47,434 nt of DNA from Catajapyx aquilonaris (taxonomy: Eukaryota), in the NCBI GenBank assembly GCA_000934665.2, contig KZ538787.1, forward strand, positions 1 to 47,434. Direction: 5' to 3'. This document shows positions 43,701-47,434 of this stretch, one piece after another; position 1 is the first letter of the stretch, and every line of letters starts with the position of its first letter. Below the pieces are notes generated by a model. The model searched no databases, was not told the origin of the DNA, and saw only the letters and a program-made list of their open reading frames with translations. Position numbers and translations under genes: made by a program.

Positions 43701-46320
43701 CAAGATCTTGGTTATTCTCGCTGTCTTTCTCTCTGTTACTATTAATCAATGAAACAATATATTGAGGTTAGTGGAAGATGTCTTATACAGTAGCCTACCT
43801 TTGATATATGGTGGGGATGCCTCAAATCGAGTAATTGACCGAGTAGTGGCAATGGTCTCAGCCAGGAGCTCCTCATCCTCTTGTTGCTCTGTCTTGCGAT
43901 GCCGATGACTAGAAAAGGTAAAATTACATGATTTGTTATCCTCGACTCATTAAAACCTAGAGCAGTGGTTTTCAAACTGTGGCAAAGGGTTCAGTACCCC
44001 GGTGTACACCCGCAGTGGTACTCCCAGGTACTACATAGGTACTTTACTCTTTGATACTCCTTGGTACTCCTTGAATTTGGAACTCCAGTGTACACTTTAC
44101 AGTCGAGTGGTTAACCCCTTTAACTGTGGTATGCGTAACATAATTTTGGGAGTAAGTGAAAGATTTCGTACAATGGCACCCAGTCTCTACATTTTGTGGG
44201 AAACATATTCTGATTCAAGAATAAGGAACCAACTTCGGAGAAAAACACTTAAAATGGTCCTACTCATTCCCATGTTTCTTTTTGCTAAATATGATTTTCG
44301 TAAAGATTTATAATATGCAGAGGCATTTTCTGACATATGCCTTTTTCATTCAGCGCATGTGTTGAAACCCCTTCTGAACATGTCAGTGCAGAATCAGGAA
44401 ATGGATCATCAAACTTCCTCCAAATGGAGGTTTGAAATTTGAAAAAAGCCCTTCTGAACTTTTGGTCTTAAAATATCCAGGCCTGGCAACCAGTGCTCCA
44501 AAGTACTTAACATGATTTACTAACTACCTGATTATGTGGAGCTGGTTTTTTGGCATTAATGTTCATGAAAACTAATACCATCATCGACTGTGTTGAGAAA
44601 GACCTCTGACTTAAATTGACACCACTTGTCCCAATATTAACCATAAGTATGAAAGAAAGCAAGCACACCCATCACACTATAACTGAAAAGTGCCCACAAT
44701 TACTACAGTACTTTCATGTAACAGGTCGGAGTGGGGATGCAAACTGTCTTTGACATATTTGAAAAGGGGGTACACGACAAAAAAAGTTTGGGAACCACTG
44801 ACCTAGAGCATACACAGGGTTATCCAAGAAACACTGCTTTTTAAAAAATGACTTTTTTAGCTGATTTCAAGTAACCATAAAATATTCAAAGGTTACTTGG
44901 AGCATTTAAATATTACCATATGACACTTTTCCCATGAGCCAAAAAAAAAGGCAGTCAGCTATCTGCTTCTATTCTTAAATCAGTCTTGTGTCAAAATTGC
45001 ATCCAAGTATTGGCTTGAGGAAAACATTTCTGAAGTCGATGTTTGGCTGTAATGAGGTATTCATTGAAGCCCATGGATGGTTTCACCTACCCCCTATAAA
45101 GAGCCTGTATTGCTGGATTTTACAGCCTGATATTTTGAATCCTAAAAACATCAACTGCCCTCTCCCATGTCCCTATGACATGGCTGAACATTGACTTCTT
45201 TGGAAAGGCCCTCCTCATGATGGTCGTGTACGTTCATGTAATTTTGATGTCCAGGATCAAAATAAATAGCCACCGGACACATTTTTTCCTGCCCACAAAG
45301 CAAGTGTGAGCAGATATTTTGAAAAGCTCCAATTACGGGGAGGCAGAGTGGTGCTCCAGTAACAAATGCGTCCCCATGCATGGAAGGGTCACAGATTTGA
45401 TCCCAAGCCTCAGATTTCCCCCCTTTGATTTCATATGGAGTTGGGACACCTCTGGCTTCGTCTCAGGTGGGATCAAAGTTAGACCTACCACCCAGGGAAC
45501 CCAAAATGACCGAGCCAAGACATTGTACTTGCACCTCCCTTCCCAACCACCCTGCCATGCCCACGGACCCAGGCATTTCGTCAAAAATTGACACACAAAA
45601 ACTGTATACCTGTTGAGGGAAATAAAGGTCTGTTCAAGACCTCTCTGAGGTAAGAACTGTACCTAATTAAATAAACACTTATAAAATGCTTCAAATAACA
45701 TAATACTCTGTGGTTGTAGGAAATCACTTAAGCAAGCGAATTTTTGTAAGCAGCATTTCTTCCTTGCTGACCACCCTGTATTTCAAATCTCAGAAGTCAA
45801 GGACTTCAGCAATGGACACTGCCTGCATACCTTTGGCATTTGTCCAGTTGGAGTGCAACTGTATTCAACCACTAAAGTAATGGAATGAATTTTATTACTC
45901 AAAACCCACACATCTTAACCAGGGACTTGTATTTCAATTATATGAAACCTACACTGCATATTGCATTAAAATTAATCTGTAATAGCTCATAAATAGGCTT
46001 GTAGGAACTGCAACAACCACTGGCTGTGTCCATTGGAAAATAACAATGACAGAAAGTTGTTGCTTAAAAAGCCTTGATGAAAGTGACACCAAGACTTACT
46101 CTCCTGCTTCTGAAGTTCTTCTTTCCGGTTGCCCATCCTTCGAGTCTGATTCCTTCTCTTTTGCAAGAGTCGGCAAGGAAGGCCTCTCCTTCTTGGGTCG
46201 TCCTGGCCTGAGTTTCAAGGGACTCGCTGGAGGCTTGTCCCTGGCAGCATTGCTCATGAAGTGAGCAAATATTTCGGTTTGCTGCAGCAAGTAATCAAAT
46301 CGCTTGCTGCGATCCGTTTC
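22494..46320 (-). CDS. Iswi: ISWI (SMARCA5/SMARCA1-type) chromatin-remodelling ATPase, 13 joined exons, N-terminus outside the window
   Basis: Exons 46100-46320, 43799-43908, 43396-43667, 42025-42312, 41894-41962, 41555-41830, 39940-40080, 30526-30720, 27892-28125, 27587-27817, 25996-26389, 25399-25711 and 22494-22776 sum to 3027 nt in one frame. All introns are GT-AG. SNF2 motifs I-VI plus HAND-SANT-SLIDE are present. Confidence 0.97.
23383..24839. repeat. Long inverted repeat (about 480-bp arms) / fold-back element in the last ISWI intron
   Basis: 23383-23865 is the diverged reverse complement of 24360-24839 (e.g. CTTCTTAATAA/TTATTAAGAAG, AAATTTTCACAGCATGGC/GCCATGCTGTGAAAATTT). Confidence 0.85.
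23890..24261. mobile_element. PIF/Harbinger (Tourist-like) MITE
   Basis: TTA|CGGGTCGTGCAAATACCACGT ... ACGTGGTATTTGCACGGCCCC|TTA. Confidence 0.8.
25399..25711 (-). CDS. Iswi: ISWI exon (SANT/SLIDE)
   Basis: [18 protein letters not shown]...[28 protein letters not shown]; ttgacag| acceptor, AG|GTGAGG donor. Confidence 0.96.
25996..26389 (-). CDS. Iswi: ISWI exon (HAND and SANT)
   Basis: [38 protein letters not shown]...[24 protein letters not shown]; ctggcag| acceptor, G|GTAAC donor. Confidence 0.96.
27587..27817 (-). CDS. Iswi: ISWI exon (linker before HAND)
   Basis: [14 protein letters not shown]...[27 protein letters not shown]; ccgaag| acceptor, GCC|GTGAGT donor. Confidence 0.95.
27892..28125 (-). 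CDS. Iswi: ISWI exon (helicase motif VI, NegC region)
   Basis: [17 protein letters not shown]...[14 protein letters not shown]; tttccag| acceptor, GAG|GTAAAT donor. Confidence 0.96.
29590..29846 (+). pseudogene. Tigger/pogo transposase (CENP-B HTH) remnant
   Basis: [23 protein letters not shown] matches the Tigger FKASNGWLxRFKxRH motif; in-frame stop follows. Confidence 0.8.
29855..30146. mobile_element. Hairpin DNA element with 8-bp TSD (Zisupton-like), copy 2
   Basis: TSD GTTCAGGG at 29847-29854 and 30147-30154; termini CAGCC-CACGG ... CCGTG; perfect 64-bp internal inverted repeat 29893-29956 / 30041-30104. Confidence 0.82.
30526..30720 (-). CDS. Iswi: ISWI exon (helicase motif V)
   Basis: [13 protein letters not shown]...[29 protein letters not shown]; ttcacag| acceptor, ATG|GTCAGT donor. 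Confidence 0.96.
30755..30979 (+). mobile_element. Arm of a TA-flanked DNA element (TGGGTCATTCCA terminus); inverted partner at 36540-36754
   Basis: About 220 bp matching the reverse complement of 36540-36754, e.g. CCTAAATTTGAGGCCGCTGGAGTCAAATCTCACGGAGA. Confidence 0.75.
30980..31252 (-). mobile_element. SINE family C, full length
   Basis: TSD TCCTAACACCAACAT at 30965-30979 and 31253-31267; tRNA head, core and tail are all present. Confidence 0.9.
31274..32003 (+). mobile_element. Internally deleted Tc1/mariner (maT-like) element with transposase C-terminal remnant
   Basis: TIR CAGGGTGATCTGTTTGGGTAGGGATAATTT with TA flanks; ORF 31541-31894 has [17 protein letters not shown] and GGHV motifs. 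Confidence 0.88.
32447..33257. mobile_element. MITE with about 30-bp TIR
   Basis: AGAGCGATTTCCCAAAACAAGTTCAGTCCA ... TGGACTGAACTTGTTTTGGGAAATTGCTCT. Confidence 0.75.
33516..34136. mobile_element. Tc1/mariner-type MITE with nested palindromic inserts
   Basis: TA|CGGTGCTGGACA...TGTCCAGCACTG|TA with about 80-bp arms; inner palindrome 33591-33768. Confidence 0.8.
34487..35455 (+). mobile_element. 5'-truncated, degenerate non-LTR retrotransposon (LINE) 3' end
   Basis: [19 protein letters not shown] (RT thumb-like PxLxYxxxVW) and [19 protein letters not shown] (CCHC knuckle); frameshifts and stops between; A-rich (AAAT)n tail. Confidence 0.8.
35704..36120 (-). mobile_element. tRNA-derived SINE, family B
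   Basis: Near-identical to 4756-5167; TSD AACCATGTTACT. Confidence 0.9.
36163..36539. mobile_element. Tc1/mariner-type MITE
   Basis: CAGGGTGTTTCTAACTAGTCCAGCCAACGGCCGTCAGC vs GCTGACGGCCGTTGGCTGGACAAGTAGCAAACACTCTG|TA. Confidence 0.75.
36796..37270 (-). pseudogene. Degenerate Tc1/maT transposase fragment
   Basis: [25 protein letters not shown] resembles QDGAPPHFALxVRxWLDxxFPGRW. Confidence 0.7.
38590..39596. mobile_element. Tigger-like MITE containing a second Tigger-like MITE (38795-39486)
   Basis: Outer TA|CAGTAGAA...TTCTACTG|TA; inner TA|CAGTCGAATTCC...GGGATTCGACTG|TA. Confidence 0.7.
39940..40080 (-). CDS. Iswi: ISWI exon (helicase motif IV)
   Basis: [40 protein letters not shown]; ccttag| acceptor, AGT|GTAAGG donor. 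Confidence 0.95.
40502..41414. mobile_element. piggyBac-like non-autonomous element
   Basis: TTAA|CCCTTCCGTTACTGC ... GCGGTAACGGAAGGG|TTGA. Confidence 0.75.
41555..41830 (-). CDS. Iswi: ISWI exon (SNF2 insertion region)
   Basis: [16 protein letters not shown]...[28 protein letters not shown]; cctcag| acceptor, CTA|GTAAGT donor. Confidence 0.96.
41894..41962 (-). CDS. Iswi: ISWI 69-nt exon
   Basis: tgtag|GAT gives [23 protein letters not shown], then |GTAAGT. Confidence 0.93.
42025..42312 (-). CDS. Iswi: ISWI exon (Walker B DEAH, motif III)
   Basis: [22 protein letters not shown]...[14 protein letters not shown]...[15 protein letters not shown]; ttgcag| acceptor, GAT|GTGAGT donor. Confidence 0.96.
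42530..42800 (+). mobile_element. Diverged relative of the SINE family B 3' half, no tRNA head seen
   Basis: GCACATGACCCC..GACAATGCGCTTGCACCAATGT..CCTATCCCTACC..GTGGTATTCCACCCCCCTAA...ACGGGGTA aligns with the family B body and tail. Confidence 0.65.
43396..43667 (-). CDS. Iswi: ISWI exon (Q motif, Walker A)
   Basis: [38 protein letters not shown]...VPKSTLANW; ttcaaag| acceptor, AGG|GTAAGG donor. Confidence 0.96.
43799..43908 (-). CDS. Iswi: ISWI exon (AutoN region), correct frame not shown in the ORF track
   Basis: ttctag|T CAT CGG CAT CGC gives (D)[36 protein letters not shown], the AutoN RHRK motif; G|GTAGGC donor. Confidence 0.93.
43963..44800 (+). mobile_element. hAT/Charlie non-autonomous element with decayed dimerisation-domain sequence
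   Basis: TIR CAGTGGTTTTCAAACT / AGTTTGGGAACCACTG; perfect 8-bp TSD ACCTAGAG; degenerate YPGLA..CGAGF..L..MKT coding remnant near 44470-44620. Confidence 0.88.
44815..45778 (+). mobile_element. Old Tc1/maT-like element remnant
   Basis: CAGGGTTATCCAAG ... CTGACCACCCTG|TA imperfect termini; QSGAP and PPFDFIWSW remnants. Confidence 0.5.
46100..46320 (-). CDS. Iswi: ISWI exon (N-terminal region)
   Basis: ccttgtag|GAA gives [22 protein letters not shown]...RPGRPKK (AT-hook-like)...AG; GA|GTAAGT donor. Confidence 0.93.
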
Positions 46321-47234
46321 CTACAAGGAAATTTATGCTTTCACAAAGGTCCAGTCTCTCTCATTAAAAGCTTCAGAAGAGAAATCAGTGAGAAGGTAAG
46401 TTTTAAAAAAACTAATTCAAGCGCTGATCCATTTTATGTTGGAATAGCTACAAACAATGTCTGTCACCAAAGATATTTTATATTCATATACAGCAGAATG
46501 CCAATCATCAATAAATTGTTCTAAGTGCACACTAATGCGCACACACCACAGCATTGTCCCATGAAGGGATAGCCAGCAATGACCAGGTGATGCAACACCT
46601 ATCCATCTGACTGGGACATGTGAATCCCCTGCAATGTTACACCAGAGTTTTGCTATTTTGTGATATTGATATGTAGTATAATATTGTCAACGTCCTGTAG
46701 TGCTACAATTATTAGATGTGCGATATGATTGTGTGGGGTGGGACTGCACCCGAAAAAGGCACCTACTTGGCCTCTCTCTATATCTTATAATATAAAAATA
46801 ATAAATAAATAAGAATAATAAAAATAACAACAACAACAACAATCATGATGATGATGATAAGTGATCCTCTGGTCACTGGTCAGGTACAGTGCTGGAATTT
46901 AATGGTTACCCACAAGTGTCTGCCACTGGTGGAGATTATTCTTTGCTTCATCTGCCACCCCACGGCGCCAGTTCCAATGGGCAAATGTACAGTTAAGACC
47001 GAGCTGCTGCCGGATGAGTGAAAATCATTGCTGTCATTGATTTGAACGAGTGACAAGGAAGTTGGGTCTGCCAATTATTAATATAGGTAGTATTCCTCGT
47101 TATAAGGAGGTTTAGGCGATTTTTAAAAATTGCACTACGCGTCACTTTATTCATCACCTCACTTCTTCATTGAGAACAAAATGATTTAACCCTTTGATGA
47201 CGGAGTTTTTTTCCCCCTTTTCTGGAAATTTTAT

Positions 47235-47434
47235 GACCTCGCCGATTTTCTTGAAATTCGGTGCATTGGTAGCCCACCCCAAGGGATGAAAAACGCACCT
47301 ATAGTTACCTGATCAAAATGACCTCGTGACCCAATTTTGAGGGGGACAGAGGTCAAATTTCGACCTCACCGGATTTTCTTCAAATTCGGTGCATTGGTAG
47401 CCCACACCAAGGGATGAAAAATGCACCTGTAGTT
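47235..47434. repeat. Tandem repeat, period about 127 bp, inside a TTAA|CCC-ended element starting at about 47190
   Basis: GACCTC..GATTTTCTT.AAATTCGGTGCATTGGTAGCCCAC.CCAAGGGATGAAAAA occurs at 47235 and 47362. Confidence 0.8.

Noticed and set aside
46790..46860. Compound (AAT)/(AAC)/(GAT) microsatellite
   Set aside because: Ordinary low-complexity retroelement tail sequence.

Overview
Eukaryotic (animal, probably arthropod) genomic DNA carrying two intron-rich, minus-strand housekeeping genes in tandem. (1) An ISWI/SMARCA5-SMARCA1 chromatin-remodelling ATPase gene: 13 coding exons from 46320 to the TAA at 22494, about 1008 codons, all GT-AG and phase-consistent; its first exon(s) lie beyond the right edge. 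(2) The 5' part of a Ube3a/E6AP HECT ubiquitin ligase gene: AZUL zinc-finger exon plus two more exons, running off the left edge, with a CpG-rich promoter-like region at about 10.05-10.8 kb. Introns and intergenic DNA are saturated with mobile-element remnants: three tRNA-derived SINE families with target-site duplications (TSDs), mariner, maT/Tc1, Tigger/pogo, hAT and piggyBac-like remnants and MITEs, a non-LTR retrotransposon 3' end and several large fold-back palindromes. There are no prokaryotic features or CRISPR arrays. The two most unusual signals are (a) a covarying 3' stem-loop, CCCC-TAAR-[hairpin]-~ATCAC-GGGG-TA, shared by otherwise different SINE families, and (b) a small hairpin element family with 8-bp TSDs and an offset subterminal inverted repeat (Zisupton-like), whose internal arms match within each copy but differ between copies. 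Family names come from recalled motifs, not database searches.
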